From Mycobacteriales bacterium (lineage in GTDB: Bacteria; Actinomycetota; Actinomycetes; Mycobacteriales; SCTD01): a DNA stretch of 63,621 nt. The notes below the pieces were generated by a model, which saw only the letters and a list, made by a program, of their open reading frames with translations, was not told where the DNA came from and ran no database searches. Location of the stretch: NCBI GenBank assembly GCA_035540755.1, contig DATLGD010000189.1, forward strand, positions 1-63,621. The letters run 5' to 3'. Positions 18,190-28,718 of the stretch are shown in pieces. The position numbers were made by a program, and so were the translations under genes. The stretch's first letter is position 1; each line of letters opens with the position of its first letter.

Positions 18190-19527
18190 TCAGACGTTCC
18201 GGAAGCGGTTGATGGCCGTCTCGTGCTTCGCCCGGAACTCCGCCGCCTCCGGCTCGATGCCGAGGCCCTCCTCGGGCGCCAGGCACAGGACGCCGACCTT
18301 GCCCTGGTGCAGGTTCTTGTGCACGTCGTAGGCCGCCTGCCCGGTGTCGGCGAGCGAGTAGGTCTTCGACAGGGTCGGGTGGATCTTGCCCTTGGCGATG
18401 AGCCGGTTGGCCTCCCACGACTCGCGGTAGTTCGCGAAGTGCGAGGAGACGATGCGCTTGAGGTTCATCCACAGGTAGCGGTTGTCGTAGGAGTGCATGT
18501 AGCCGCTGGTCGAGGCGCAGGTGGTGATGACGCCGCCCTTGCGCGTGACGTAGACCGACGCGCCGAAGGTCTCGCGGCCCGGGTGCTCGAAGACGATGTC
18601 GATGTCCTCGCCACCGGTCAGGGAGCGGATCTTCTTGCCGAAGCGCTGCCACTCCTTCGGGTCCTGGGTGTGCTCGTCCTTCCAGAACCGGTAGCCCTCC
18701 TCGCTGCGGTCGATGACCAGCTCGGCGCCCATGCTCCGCACGATGTCGGCCTTCTCGGGGGAGCTGACGACGCAGACCGGCGTGCCGCCGCCGTTGAGCA
18801 CGTACTGGGTGGCGTAGGAGCCCAGGCCGCCGGAGGCGCCCCAGACGAGCACGTTGTCGCCCTGCTTCATGTTGCCGGCGTTCTTGCTGACCAGCTGCCG
18901 GTAGGCGGTGGAGTTGACCAGGCCGGGGACGGCGGCCTCCTCCCAGGTGAGGTGGGCCGGCTTGGGCATGAGCTGGTTGCTCTTGACCAGGGCCAGCTCG
19001 GCCAGCCCGCCGAAGTTCGTCTCGAAGCCCCAGATCCGCTGCTGCGGGTCCATCATCGTGTCGTCGTGGCCCTCGGGGTCCTCGAGCTCGACCGACAGGC
19101 AGTGCGCGACGACCTTGTCGCCGGCCTTCCACTTCGAGACCCCCGGGCCGACGGCGAGCACGACGCCGGACAGGTCGGAGCCCACGACGTGGTAGGGCAG
19201 GTCGTGCCGTTTGGACAGGTCGTTGAGGCGGCCGTAGCGCTCGAGGAAGCCGAAGGTCGACACCGGCTCGAAGATCGAGGTCCAGACGGTGTTGAAGTTC
19301 ACCGACGAGGCCATGACGGCGACGATGGCCTCACCCGGACCGAGCTGCGGGGTGGCCACCTCGTCGAGGTGCAGGCTCTGCCGCGGGTCCTTGTCGCGGG
19401 TGGTGAGCCCCTCGAACATGCCCACCTCGTCCTTGCGGACGACCATGCCCCGGTAGCTCTCGGGAACCTTGGTGCCCGCCAGGGCATCAGTGTTGCCGGA
19501 GACGATGGCGTCGCGGATGTCGTGCAC
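18190..19527 (-). CDS. ccr: Crotonyl-CoA carboxylase/reductase
   Basis: 445 aa with KVPESYRGMVVRKDE..., NFNTVWTSIFEPVSTFGFLER, VLVWGASGGLGSYATQ and C-terminal HQGKVGVLCLAPEEGLG. These are characteristic of Ccr as I recall it. Confidence 0.88.
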   Translation of the reverse strand: MHDIRDAIVSGNTDALAGTKVPESYRGMVVRKDEVGMFEGLTTRDKDPRQSLHLDEVATPQLGPGEAIVAVMASSVNFNTVWTSIFEPVSTFGFLERYGRLNDLSKRHDLPYHVVGSDLSGVVLAVGPGVSKWKAGDKVVAHCLSVELEDPEGHDDTMMDPQQRIWGFETNFGGLAELALVKSNQLMPKPAHLTWEEAAVPGLVNSTAYRQLVSKNAGNMKQGDNVLVWGASGGLGSYATQYVLNGGGTPVCVVSSPEKADIVRSMGAELVIDRSEEGYRFWKDEHTQDPKEWQRFGKKIRSLTGGEDIDIVFEHPGRETFGASVYVTRKGGVITTCASTSGYMHSYDNRYLWMNLKRIVSSHFANYRESWEANRLIAKGKIHPTLSKTYSLADTGQAAYDVHKNLHQGKVGVLCLAPEEGLGIEPEAAEFRAKHETAINRFRNV

Positions 19528-19619
19528 GGCAGGGCCTTCCGTCCGAGGGCGCGGTCGAGCGGAGACTACCGACGAGTAGCGGACCGGGCGGCAGCCGGGT
19601 CCGGCAAATCCGCGCGGGC

Positions 19620-20075
19620 TCAGTGCCCCATGCCCTCCGGGCCGGGCTGCACGAGCTCGACCAGCACGCCGCCGGCGCTCTTGGGGTGGACGAAGTTGAC
19701 CTTGGAGCCGGCGGTGCCGGTCCTCGGGGCGTCGTAGAGCAGGCGCATGCCCTGACCGCGCAGGTGCTCCCCGAGCGCCTCGACGTCGTCGGTGCGGTAG
19801 GCCATCTGCTGGATCCCCGGCCCGCTCCGGTCGAGGAACTTCCCGATCGGGCTGTCCGCCGACAGCGGCGCGAGCAGCTGCACGTAGGAGCCGCTGTCGC
19901 CCACCGCCATCATCGCCTCGCGCACGCCCTGCTCCTCGTTGACCTCCGTGTGCACGCAGGTCATCCCGTAGGCGCTCGTGTAGAGCTCGATCGCGACGTC
20001 GAGGTCGGCGACGGCGATGCCGACGTGGTCGATGGCGGTGATGCGTCCGGTGCTGGGGGCGTCGGTGCTGGTCAC
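19620..20075 (-). CDS. mce: Methylmalonyl-CoA epimerase (VOC/glyoxalase fold)
   Basis: 151 aa with [12 protein letters not shown]..., [14 protein letters not shown] and [18 protein letters not shown]. Confidence 0.85.
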   Translation of the reverse strand: MTSTDAPSTGRITAIDHVGIAVADLDVAIELYTSAYGMTCVHTEVNEEQGVREAMMAVGDSGSYVQLLAPLSADSPIGKFLDRSGPGIQQMAYRTDDVEALGEHLRGQGMRLLYDAPRTGTAGSKVNFVHPKSAGGVLVELVQPGPEGMGH

Positions 20076-20154
20076 GGCGAGGGCTCCTGTTCAGGCCGGG
20101 AAGGTCCGGCGCCTATCCTCGCAGCACCTGTTCGCCCGTCATGGAGGCCTCCGC

Positions 20155-21354
20155 ATGCCCGCAGACCGCACCGTCATCGTCGGAGGGGCCCGCACGCCCA
20201 TCGGCAAGCTCGCCGGCGGCCTCAAGGACTTCTCCGCCATGGACCTCGGCGGCATCGCCATCGAGGCGGCGCTGGACCGGGCCGGGATCTCGGGCAGCGA
20301 CGTCGATTACGTGATCATGGGACAGGTGCTGCAGGCCGGCCAGGGCCAGATCACCGCGCGCCAGGCCGCCGTCAAGGGCGGCATCCCGATGGACGTGCCC
20401 GCCCTGACCATCAACAAGGTCTGCCTGTCCGGGCTGTCCGCCATTGCCATGGCCGACCAGCTCATCCGCGCCGGCGAGTTCGAGGTCGTCGTCGCCGGCG
20501 GCATGGAGTCGATGACGCAGGCGCCCTACCTGCTGCCGAAGGCCCGCCAGGGCTACCGCTACGGCAACGCCGAGATCCTCGACGCCACGTTCCACGACGG
20601 CCTGTTCGACGCCTTCGACAAGGAGGCCATGGGCGAGTCGACGGAGAAGCACAACGACGCCCACGGCTTCAGCCGCGAGGAGCAGGACGAGTACGCCGCT
20701 CGCTCGCACGAGCTGGCCGCGGCCGCCATCAAGGAGGGCCGCTTCGCCGACGAGATCGTCCCGGTGCAGGTTCCCCAGCGCAAGGGCGACCCGCTCGTCG
20801 TCAGCGAGGACGAGGGGGTGCGTCCCGGCACCACCAGCGAGTCGCTCGGCAGGCTGCGCCCGGCCTTCCGCAAGGACGGCACCATCACCGCCGGCAACGC
20901 CTCGCAGATCTCCGACGGCGCCGCGGCCGTCGTCGTCATGAGCCGCAGGAAGGCCGAGGAGCTCGGCGTCACCGACCGGATCCTCTCCGAGATCGGCGCG
21001 CACGGCGTCGTCGCCGGCCCGGACAACTCGCTGCAGCTGCAGCCGGCGCGGGCCGTCCAGGCCGCGGTGGCCAAGAGCGACGTCTCGCTCGAGGACCTGA
21101 AGGTCATCGAGGTGAACGAGGCGTTCGCGGCCGTCGGCCTCGCCTCGCAGAAGGCGCTCGGCCTGGGCAACGACGTCTTCAACCCCAACGGCGGCGCCAT
21201 CGCCCTCGGCCACCCGATCGGCGCCTCCGGTGCGCGCCTCGCGCTCACCGTCGTGCACGAGCTCAAGCGCCGCGGTGGCGGCGCCGGTGCGGCAGCGCTC
21301 TGCGGCGGCGGCGGGCAGGGCGACGCGCTGATCCTCCACGTCCCGACCCCCTGA
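20155..21354 (+). CDS. Acetyl-CoA C-acetyltransferase (thiolase)
   Basis: Sequences [24 protein letters not shown] (active-site Cys), [17 protein letters not shown] and CGGGGQG are present. GGAGG lies 7 nt upstream of ATG 20155. Confidence 0.9.
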   Translation: MPADRTVIVGGARTPIGKLAGGLKDFSAMDLGGIAIEAALDRAGISGSDVDYVIMGQVLQAGQGQITARQAAVKGGIPMDVPALTINKVCLSGLSAIAMADQLIRAGEFEVVVAGGMESMTQAPYLLPKARQGYRYGNAEILDATFHDGLFDAFDKEAMGESTEKHNDAHGFSREEQDEYAARSHELAAAAIKEGRFADEIVPVQVPQRKGDPLVVSEDEGVRPGTTSESLGRLRPAFRKDGTITAGNASQISDGAAAVVVMSRRKAEELGVTDRILSEIGAHGVVAGPDNSLQLQPARAVQAAVAKSDVSLEDLKVIEVNEAFAAVGLASQKALGLGNDVFNPNGGAIALGHPIGASGARLALTVVHELKRRGGGAGAAALCGGGGQGDALILHVPTP

Positions 21355-21362
21355 ACCGGGCA

Positions 21363-22340
21363 GTGACGACCGCGCGGTCGCGCCGCGCGCTCGACGTCCC
21401 CTCCCTCGTCGACCAGGCCAGGGAGGGCAGCCCGCGCGCCGTCGCCCGGCTGATCAGCCTGGTCGAGGACGCGAGCCCCGCGCTGCGCGAGGTCATGGCG
21501 CTGCTCGCCCCGCACGCCGGGCACGCGCGCGTCGTCGGGCTGACCGGCTCGCCCGGGGTCGGCAAGTCGACGTCGACGAGCGCGCTCGTGGCCGCCTACC
21601 GGCGGCGCGGGATGAAGGTCGGCGTGCTCGCCGTCGACCCGTCCTCACCCTTCTCCGGCGGGGCGCTGCTCGGCGACCGGGTGCGCATGCAGGACCACGC
21701 CACCGATCACGGTGTGTTCATCCGGTCGATGGCCTCGCGCGGGCACCTGGGCGGCCTGTCGTGGGCGACGCCGCAGGCGCTCCGCGTGCTGTCGGCGGCC
21801 GGCTGCGACGTGGTGCTCGTCGAGACCGTCGGGGTCGGCCAGGCGGAGGTCGAGGTGGCCCGCCTGGCGGACACGACCCTCGTCCTGCTCGCCCCTGGCA
21901 TGGGCGACGGCATCCAGGCCGCCAAGGCCGGCATCCTCGAGGTCGCCGACGTCTTCGTCGTGAACAAGGCCGACCGCGACGGCGCCGACTCCGTGGTGCG
22001 CGACCTGCGCTACATGCTCAGCCTGGGCGACCGGCGCACCGACTCCGGCTGGCGACCGCCGATCGTCAAGACGGTGGCCTCCAAGGGCGAGGGCGCCGAC
22101 GAGGTGGTCGAGGAGATCGAGCGGCACGGCGCCTGGCTGACCGACAGCGGCTCCCTCGACGCCCGCCGCCGGGCGAGGGCCGCCGACGAGGTGGAGGCCA
22201 TCGCCGTCACCTCCTTGCGCGAGCGCATCGGCGACCTGCGCGGCGGCGACACCCTCGACCTGCTCGCCGCGCGGGTCGTCGCCGGCGACACCGACGCCTA
22301 TTGCGCCGCCGACGAGCTCGTCGCCGAGGTCACCCGGTGA
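21363..22340 (+). CDS. meaB: Methylmalonyl-CoA mutase-associated GTPase MeaB/ArgK (G3E family)
   Basis: Sequences GLTGSPGVGKST (P-loop), AVDPSSPFSGGALLGDRVRM, ETVGVGQ and VVNKADRD are present. The GTG start was chosen just after the thiolase stop. Confidence 0.88.
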   Translation: MTTARSRRALDVPSLVDQAREGSPRAVARLISLVEDASPALREVMALLAPHAGHARVVGLTGSPGVGKSTSTSALVAAYRRRGMKVGVLAVDPSSPFSGGALLGDRVRMQDHATDHGVFIRSMASRGHLGGLSWATPQALRVLSAAGCDVVLVETVGVGQAEVEVARLADTTLVLLAPGMGDGIQAAKAGILEVADVFVVNKADRDGADSVVRDLRYMLSLGDRRTDSGWRPPIVKTVASKGEGADEVVEEIERHGAWLTDSGSLDARRRARAADEVEAIAVTSLRERIGDLRGGDTLDLLAARVVAGDTDAYCAADELVAEVTR

Positions 22341-22630
22341 AGGGCTTGTCCTTCCGGGTGCTGCGCGTGGTGGCGCTGCTCGAGTCGCTGTCGTTCGCCG
22401 TGCTGCTCGTCGGCTCGGTGCTCAAGCGCACCACCGAGACCGACATCGTCCCGGTGCTGGGGCCGCTGCACGGCGCGCTCTACGTCGCGCTCGTCCTGTT
22501 CGTGCTGGACAACCTCGGGCGGTTGCGCTGGGCGCCGTGGTTCACGCTGGTCATGCTGACGGTCGGCTCGCCCGGCGCGCACTTCGCCGTCGACGCCACC
22601 GCGCGCCGCCGCGCCGCCGCTGGGGTCTGA
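22337..22630 (+). CDS. DUF3817-like small membrane protein
   Basis: GTGA overlap with meaB. The sequence FRVLRVVALLESLSFAVLLVGSVLKR...GPLHGALYVALV resembles the DUF3817 pattern as I recall it. Confidence 0.6.
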   Translation: MKGLSFRVLRVVALLESLSFAVLLVGSVLKRTTETDIVPVLGPLHGALYVALVLFVLDNLGRLRWAPWFTLVMLTVGSPGAHFAVDATARRRAAAGV

Positions 22631-22653
22631 CGACCGGCTGGTAGGCATCCGGC

Positions 22654-23562
22654 ATGCACCCACGCCGCTCCCGGCTGCTCGCCGTCGCTCTCGCCGGTGC
22701 CGCCGCCGCTGCCGTCCGCCGCCGCGCGACCGCCGGCCTCGACACCTCCGACCTGACCGGGCGCACCGCCGTGGTCACCGGCGGCGGGTCGGGCATCGGC
22801 CGGTCGCTGGTCGTGCTGCTGGCCCGTCGCGGCGCGCACGTGCACGTCGTCGACCGCGACCTCGCCAGGGCGCAGGGCGTCGTGGTGGAGGTGCGGGCGG
22901 CGGGCGGCTCGGCCGTCGCGCACGCCGTCGACGTCAGCGACGCCGCCGCGGTCGGGGCGCTCGCCGACACCGTCTTCGCCGAGGGCCGGGTGGACCTGCT
23001 GTTCAACAACGCCGGCATCGGGCACGCCGGCGCCGTCGTCGACACCACGCTCGCCGACTGGAAGGCGCTGGTGGACGTCAACCTCATGGGCGTCGTGCAC
23101 GGCCTGCACGCGTTCCTGCCCCGCCTCGTCGCCCAGGACGGGCAGGCGCACGTCGTCAACACCGCCTCGATGGCGGGGCTGTTCCCGAGCCCGGGCCTGG
23201 TGCCGTACTCGACGACCAAGGCCGCCGTGGTCGGCCTGAGCGAGGCGGTCGACCGTGAGGTCGTCCGCGACGGCGTGCGTGTGCACGCGCTCTGTCCCGG
23301 CATCATCGCCACCGACATCATCCGCACCTCGACGATGCGGGGGCCGTGGGCGGACAAGCAGGCCGTCGTCGAGCAGATGTACGCGACCCGCGGCACCTCT
23401 CCCGACGTCGTCGCGCGGCAGGCGCTCGACGCGGTCGCGCGCGGACGAACCGTCATCCCGACGCCGCGGCACCAGGTCGTGCCGCCGTGGCTGGTGAAGC
23501 GCGCGTCGCCGAGCGCGGGTGCGGCGCTGGCCGGTGCCATGGCGCGGGTGGTCAGCAGGTAG
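22654..23562 (+). CDS. SDR-family oxidoreductase
   Basis: Motifs VTGGGSGIGRSL, NNAGIG and YSTTKAAVVGL are present. Confidence 0.85.
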   Translation: MHPRRSRLLAVALAGAAAAAVRRRATAGLDTSDLTGRTAVVTGGGSGIGRSLVVLLARRGAHVHVVDRDLARAQGVVVEVRAAGGSAVAHAVDVSDAAAVGALADTVFAEGRVDLLFNNAGIGHAGAVVDTTLADWKALVDVNLMGVVHGLHAFLPRLVAQDGQAHVVNTASMAGLFPSPGLVPYSTTKAAVVGLSEAVDREVVRDGVRVHALCPGIIATDIIRTSTMRGPWADKQAVVEQMYATRGTSPDVVARQALDAVARGRTVIPTPRHQVVPPWLVKRASPSAGAALAGAMARVVSR

Positions 23563-23624
23563 CGGCGCCCGAAGGCCCGGACTCGATCACACGGGGTCGG
23601 GTCGTGCCTCGACCGCGGGACGCC

Positions 23625-24880
23625 TCACGGTCCCGCCCGTCCGAAGCGCCACACCTCGTGTGCCACCGCCGCTCGGGCGGGCTGCCGACGCAGCTGGCGG
23701 ACGCTTCGGCTCGCCAGCGCGGCCGGTGTGGCGGCGCAGATGGCTGCGGCGCAGCCGAGGAGAGTGACGTCCGTGCCGACCAGCGTCGAGACCGGACCGA
23801 CGGCCGCCTGTCCGAGCGGTATGGCCACGAAGGAACCGACGGCGTCGTAGGAGTAGACCCGCGCCAGGCGGTCGGGCGGGACGTGCTGCTGCAGCGCGAC
23901 ATCCCACGCCACGCCGAACTGCTCGATGGCGAAACCTGCCAGCAGCGCCGCGACCAGCAGGGCGGTGAGGGTGGGGGTCAGGGCGAGGGCGACGGCAGGC
24001 AGCGCGCTCAGGGCGGTGAGGGCGACGCCGGCGCGCAGGGGTCGCTCGGGGCGCCAGCGCAGCGCCACGAGGCCACCCACGACCAAGCCGGCGGCCTGGG
24101 CCGCCAGCACGAATCCGTAGGCCGCCCGGCCGATGGTGCGGTCGGCGACCACCGGACCGAGCACCGCGGCCGTCCCGACGAACGCTGCATTCACGACGGC
24201 GAACTGCGCCACGACGACCCACGTCCAGCGACGGCTGGTGAACTCCGCCCAGCCGTCTCGCAGATCGGCGAGCACGCCTGCGCCGGCCGCCCTCGGCACC
24301 GCCTGACGGGCCGGCCGGATCCGCGAGAACAGCAGGGCCGCCAGCGCGTACGCGCCGGCGTCCACGACGAGCCCGAAGCCGGGTCCGAGGACGGCGACGA
24401 GCACGCCACCGGTGGTCGCTCCCAGGATCGCTGAGGTGTTCATGCTCAGCCGCAGCAGCGCGTTCGCCTGCTGCAGCACCGGGGCTGGGACTGTCTGCGG
24501 CGTGATCGCGGAGGAGGCGGGAAAGGCGATGGCGGCGACCGCGCCGTTGAGGGCGCTGAGGGCCACGAGCGTCGCGATGCCGGCGCTCCCGGAAAGGACC
24601 AGGCCGGCCACGACGCCCTGCGTGGCCGCTGCGGCGAGTGAGGACCGGCCAGCACCAGATGCCGCGGAAGGCGGTCGGCGACCACCCCGCCGAAGAGCAG
24701 GAGCAGCAGCTTGGCCAGCGAACGGGCGGCGACGACGAGGCCGACGTCAGTGGCGGATCCGGTGAGGTCCAGCACGGCGAAGGCGAGCGCGATCGGCGCG
24801 ATCGCGTTGCCCAGCAACGAGGTCGTCCGTGCGGCCAGGAGCCAGCGGAAGGGGATGTGGCGGAGGGGACCCAGGCTCAC
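23625..24880 (-). CDS. MFS transporter, reading frame interrupted near 24641-24650 (frameshift or sequencing error)
   Basis: The N-terminal 79 codons (VSLGPLRHIPFRWLLAARTTSLLGNAIAPIALAF...ADRLPRHLVLAG) are in one frame. The remainder (SSLAAAATQGVVAGLVLSGSAG...) continues in the 23625..24611 frame. The GTG start forms a GTGA overlap with the arsR-like stop. Confidence 0.75.
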
Positions 24881-25410
24881 CGTGCGGCGGTGCGGAACAG
24901 CGAGGCCGTCATCGAGACCCGGACTGCGTCCGGTGAACGTGCCGGCAGAGCGGCCGCGTGCAGGGTGGCCGAGGCCGCCTCGACCGTGTCGACGACGTCC
25001 TGCCAGACCTGCGCGTCGACCCACAGGTCGGCGTCGACGTTCAGCCCCGGGCCGGCGACGCGGTGGGAGTACCGCCGTCGGAGCTCTGCCGCCACGAGCG
25101 CCACGAACTGCTTCTCGGCCTCCCGGGTCCACCACGCCGAGTCGGGCGCCTCGGGCCCGGTGGCAGGCGCTTCGGGCGGTCCCGCCTGGCGGTAGCGCCG
25201 AGCCCGGCCGCCACGGATCTCGACCTCCTCGGTGACCTGCACGAGCCCGGCGCGCTCGAGCGTCCGGAGGTGGTAGCTGGTGCCGGCCTGCGACAGCCCG
25301 AGCTCCCGCGCTGCCTCGGCCGCGCTGAGCGCCGAACCGGTCAGCAGCGACAGCAGCTGAAGGCGCACCGGATGCGCCAGCGCGCGGAACGTCCGCACTC
25401 GACTGTCCAT
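24877..25410 (-). CDS. ArsR-family transcriptional regulator
   Basis: 177 aa with FRALAHPVRLQLLSLL...SAAEAARELGLSQAGTSYHLRTLERAGLV (winged HTH). Only the C-terminal part of the 740-aa track ORF is credible. Confidence 0.85.
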   Translation of the reverse strand: MDSRVRTFRALAHPVRLQLLSLLTGSALSAAEAARELGLSQAGTSYHLRTLERAGLVQVTEEVEIRGGRARRYRQAGPPEAPATGPEAPDSAWWTREAEKQFVALVAAELRRRYSHRVAGPGLNVDADLWVDAQVWQDVVDTVEAASATLHAAALPARSPDAVRVSMTASLFRTAAR

Positions 25411-25502
25411 GGCGGGCAGCCTCGCCGGGCCGCGGGACGACGGCAAACTGTCTTTGGGGGTAGGGGAGCGTGCCGGCTGGTTGGTGGCTGGTGGCAGCGT
25501 GC

Positions 25503-26504
25503 CTACCGTCCCGACGTCGTCCTGACCTCGGCACGCAGCTGCCGCTCGCGCTCCGAGGTCAGTCCGGCCAGGCGTGGCCGGTCGAGGCCCTGGCCGCGCT
25601 CCCAGCGCAGCAGCTCGCCGAGCATCGTCGTCCTCGCGCGGTGGCGGAGCCCAGCGGCGAGTGCTGCGGCGCCGCTCCGTGCCGACCAGCCTGCGCGGTC
25701 GTCCCCGTGCAGCCACATCGGCAGCGACTGCTCGCCCATGTACTCCGCCACGCCCTGCTCGACCAGCCATCCCGGGTCGACCTCGACCAGCGCCGCCTCG
25801 TGCCCGCCCACCAGACGGGAGAGCGCTACCCAGTCGGCGAAGGGCATCATCGGGCCGACGGCGTCGTAGGTGCCGGTCAGTCCTTGCGTCGTGCCGTGCA
25901 CGAGCCACCGCGCGAGGTCGCGCACGTCGACGACCTGGGTCGGGAGGTCGGGCGCGTCGGGGACCAGCATGGGCTCGGCCGGAGCGCGCGCCGCGCGCGC
26001 CACCCAGTAGCCCGACCGTCCGGTGTGGTCGCCCGGTCCGCCGATGAGGCCGGCCCGCGCCACTAGCAGCCGATCGCCGATCCGCTCCTGCGCGGCCTGC
26101 TCGCACGCGACCTTCGCCGCCGGGTACAGCTGCCGGTCCACCTGCTGCTCGGAGGTGGGCGCCACCACCTCGGCCGTCTCCGTCGCGCCCGGCACGGCAT
26201 GCGAGGCGTAGACGCTGACCGAGGAGACGTACGTCCAGTGCCCCGCTCTGTGCGCGAGCGCGTCGAGGGCCGCGCGCGCCATCCCCGGCTGCCAGGACAC
26301 CTCGACGACGGCGTCCCAGTCCTGCCGCGCGACCTGGGAGTAGGCGGCCGGCGAGCCGCGGTCGGCGCGCATGAGTCGGGCGCCGTCGGCCACCGGTCCC
26401 GAGGCTCCGCGGGCGAGGCAGGTGACGCCGTGCCCCGCGGCAAGCGCCTGGGCCGCGACCTCGCGACCGAGCCAGCCGGTGCCGCCGAGCACGAGCACGT
26501 CCAT
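25503..26504 (-). CDS. NAD-dependent epimerase/dehydratase-family (atypical SDR) protein
   Basis: The N-terminus [16 protein letters not shown] (Rossmann) and an internal YPAAKVACE are present. The start is either ATG 26504 or 26522. Confidence 0.75.
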   Translation of the reverse strand: MDVLVLGGTGWLGREVAAQALAAGHGVTCLARGASGPVADGARLMRADRGSPAAYSQVARQDWDAVVEVSWQPGMARAALDALAHRAGHWTYVSSVSVYASHAVPGATETAEVVAPTSEQQVDRQLYPAAKVACEQAAQERIGDRLLVARAGLIGGPGDHTGRSGYWVARAARAPAEPMLVPDAPDLPTQVVDVRDLARWLVHGTTQGLTGTYDAVGPMMPFADWVALSRLVGGHEAALVEVDPGWLVEQGVAEYMGEQSLPMWLHGDDRAGWSARSGAAALAAGLRHRARTTMLGELLRWERGQGLDRPRLAGLTSERERQLRAEVRTTSGR

Positions 26505-26567
26505 CGCCGCAGTCTGTCCCAAACCGCTGGCGGCCCGCCGTCGTGCCCGGACGGTCGAGCCGAGTGG

Positions 26568-28700
26568 CTACGTGCTGAGGCGGCGGTGGCGGCGTCGAGG
26601 CATCGAGCGGCGGGTCGGTGCTTGCTCGGCGATCGCCCGGAGCAGGTCGGTGTCCCAGGAGTCGGTGTCGCGCAGCTCCCAGTGCCAGTGCTCGCCGTCG
26701 GCGAGCAGCCCGGCCCGCACCCGGTCGACGGGTGGGAGGGTCTGCGGGTCCACCGGCATCGGCCGTGAGACGGCATAGGCCGCGAGCTCGTCCCACCAGG
26801 GGTGCGCGGGGTCGGCCATCCACGCGCCGGGGTCGAGGTCGTCGGTCGACGTCGTGACGGCGGGTGGGGCCGGGGTCGCGGGCGGCTCGTGCTGCGCGGG
26901 GCTCACCGCGTGCTGCCCCGTCGGGCCGGTCCAGGCCACGCTGCCGTCGGCACGGCGGGTCTTGGTCCAGCCGCGCTGCTTGACCCGGTGGTGCCGCCGG
27001 CAGAGCGGCCCGAGGTTGCAGCCGCAGGTCGGGCCGTCGGGCCAGTGCAGGTCGTGGTCGAGGTCGCAGCGGGACGCGCGCGCGCCGCAGCCGGGCCACT
27101 CGCAGCGCGGTGCGCGGACCTGCAGCAGCCGGCGCAGCCGGGGCGGCACGCGGTAGGCGCCCGGCTGCCCAGCCGGGTGCGGGTGACCGAGGTCGGCGCC
27201 ATCCGACGGCGAGCTCCGCGTAGGGGCGCCGAGAACGGAAGGCTCCTGGGTGTCAGCGCCCTGACGGCCGGTTGGGAGCGGCGTTGACACCCCGAGCGTG
27301 GCGAGGCCGAGCAGCACCTGGTGCTCGTACGGCAGGGGCGTGCGCCGCAGCACCGGCCGGGGCGGCGGCCGACCCGGCGCGACGACGTCCGCCTGGTGCG
27401 TGGCGGGTCGCGGACGACCGGTGTCCGGTGGACGCAGGCCTTCTCCGTCGGGCGGCTCGTCTTTCGGCGGCGGGTGGTCGTCCGGGTGCCGCGGGACGAG
27501 GCGATCGGCGGCCGGGCCTTTTCGCGCGAGGGACTGCAGGCGCTGTCGAAGGCCGGCGACATCACCGCGAGCGACGGGGAACGGCTGGCCGACGGCGACG
27601 GGCACGCCGTCGGCACCGACGAACACCGGCGTGACGCGCGGCGCCGACGCGAGCAGCCGTTCGAGCAGCTCGGGGTCGAGCGGGCCGCCCCCGGCCGCGT
27701 TGCCGGTCGCCTCCGCCACCTCGTCGGTGGTGCCGAGGGCGGCGCCGAACGGGACCAGCACCTGGACGTCGGCACCGCACGGCACCCCTGCGCCGATGCC
27801 GCAGCCGCAGCCGCAGCCGGTCCGGCTGCCGCCCGGGCATGTCGGAACCGGCCGCCCGTCGGTGTCGGCCCGGGTGCCGTCGGGCAGCAGCTGCGTCCCG
27901 TCGGACAGGGTGCCGTCGCAGCCGAGCAGCGGCGCAGCCAGGGGCCGGCCGAGGAGCAGGTCGACGAAGGCGTCCGCGCGCCGCTGGTGGAGCGTGCGGT
28001 GGTCCGCGGGCCCCCACGGCACGGCGACGGCGTTGAGCCGGGCGAGGACCGCCTGCGCCGCGAGCCCGGGGATGCCGAAGGCGGTGATGTCGGTGACCGC
28101 GTCCTCGCGCTTGCTGAAGGTGACGCCGCGGCCGGCCTCGGCCTGCTCGCGCTCCTGCGTGGTGTGACCCGGCGCGAGCGCGGCGATCCGGTTCTTCAAC
28201 CACTCCCGGGCCCGCGGCCGTGGCCGGACGATGCCCTGTTCGAGGTCGGCCTCGAGCCGGCGCCGGAGCTGCGCCCACACCCGCGCGCGGACCTCGACCG
28301 GCAGCGGCTCGAGCAGCTCGCGCGCCATGCGCGCCACCGAGATGGTCAGCACGCCGGACTGCATGCTGGCGAAGGCGAACGGCAGACCGGCCCAGAAGCG
28401 GGCCTCCTCGAGCCAGCCCTCGGCCGCCGCCTCCGAGCAACGCAGCTGCAGCGCCAGCGCCGCCGGCAGGCACAGCTCCTCGCCGGCGTCGCGGTACGCC
28501 TGCTCGAGCAGCAGCACGTCCTGCAGCTGCAGCGCGTGCAGGGCGTGGCGGTCGGTCTCGCGGGCGGCGATGCGGTCTTCGACGGCTCGGAGGGCAGGGT
28601 CGTCCGCCACCCCGCTGAGCACCCCGGTCGCCACCGCCATGGACCTGAGGTTAGGGGCGACTACCGACAGAACCGGTACGCCAAAAGCGCTGCGGCGCAA
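26568..28700 (-). CDS. DUF222 / HNH endonuclease (13E12-repeat-like) protein
   Basis: The C-terminal HNH region reads CEWPGCGARASRCDLDHDLHWPDGPTCGCNLGPLCRRHHRVKQRGW. The N-terminal DUF222-like helical region is recognisable. The middle is long and Pro/Gly/Arg-rich. The start is uncertain (for example Met21 at 28640). Confidence 0.8.
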   Translation of the reverse strand: MRRSAFGVPVLSVVAPNLRSMAVATGVLSGVADDPALRAVEDRIAARETDRHALHALQLQDVLLLEQAYRDAGEELCLPAALALQLRCSEAAAEGWLEEARFWAGLPFAFASMQSGVLTISVARMARELLEPLPVEVRARVWAQLRRRLEADLEQGIVRPRPRAREWLKNRIAALAPGHTTQEREQAEAGRGVTFSKREDAVTDITAFGIPGLAAQAVLARLNAVAVPWGPADHRTLHQRRADAFVDLLLGRPLAAPLLGCDGTLSDGTQLLPDGTRADTDGRPVPTCPGGSRTGCGCGCGIGAGVPCGADVQVLVPFGAALGTTDEVAEATGNAAGGGPLDPELLERLLASAPRVTPVFVGADGVPVAVGQPFPVARGDVAGLRQRLQSLARKGPAADRLVPRHPDDHPPPKDEPPDGEGLRPPDTGRPRPATHQADVVAPGRPPPRPVLRRTPLPYEHQVLLGLATLGVSTPLPTGRQGADTQEPSVLGAPTRSSPSDGADLGHPHPAGQPGAYRVPPRLRRLLQVRAPRCEWPGCGARASRCDLDHDLHWPDGPTCGCNLGPLCRRHHRVKQRGWTKTRRADGSVAWTGPTGQHAVSPAQHEPPATPAPPAVTTSTDDLDPGAWMADPAHPWWDELAAYAVSRPMPVDPQTLPPVDRVRAGLLADGEHWHWELRDTDSWDTDLLRAIAEQAPTRRSMPRRRHRRLST

Positions 28701-28718
28701 GAACTCCTGGTGCCCGGG

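Noticed and set aside
19579-19604. Imperfect hairpin (cggaccgg...ccgggtccg) between mce and ccr as a terminator
   Set aside because: The stem has a bulge and no U-tract on either strand, and the two genes are plausibly co-transcribed. The evidence is too weak to call.
19623-22340. 905-aa plus-strand ORF
   Set aside because: Only the C-terminal ~325 codons (MeaB) are credible. The upstream part runs antisense to mce and out of frame through the thiolase gene.
24877-27099. 740-aa minus-strand ORF
   Set aside because: Only the last 177 codons (ArsR-type wHTH) look like protein. The rest is Arg/Pro/Ala-rich shadow overlapping the real epimerase-family gene (25503..26504) and the HNH gene in other frames.
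27798-27815. gccgca hexamer repeated three times as a possible phase-variable tract
   Set aside because: There are only three copies and the repeat is in frame (multiples of six), so slippage would not switch expression. I noted it only as part of the HNH-gene insert.
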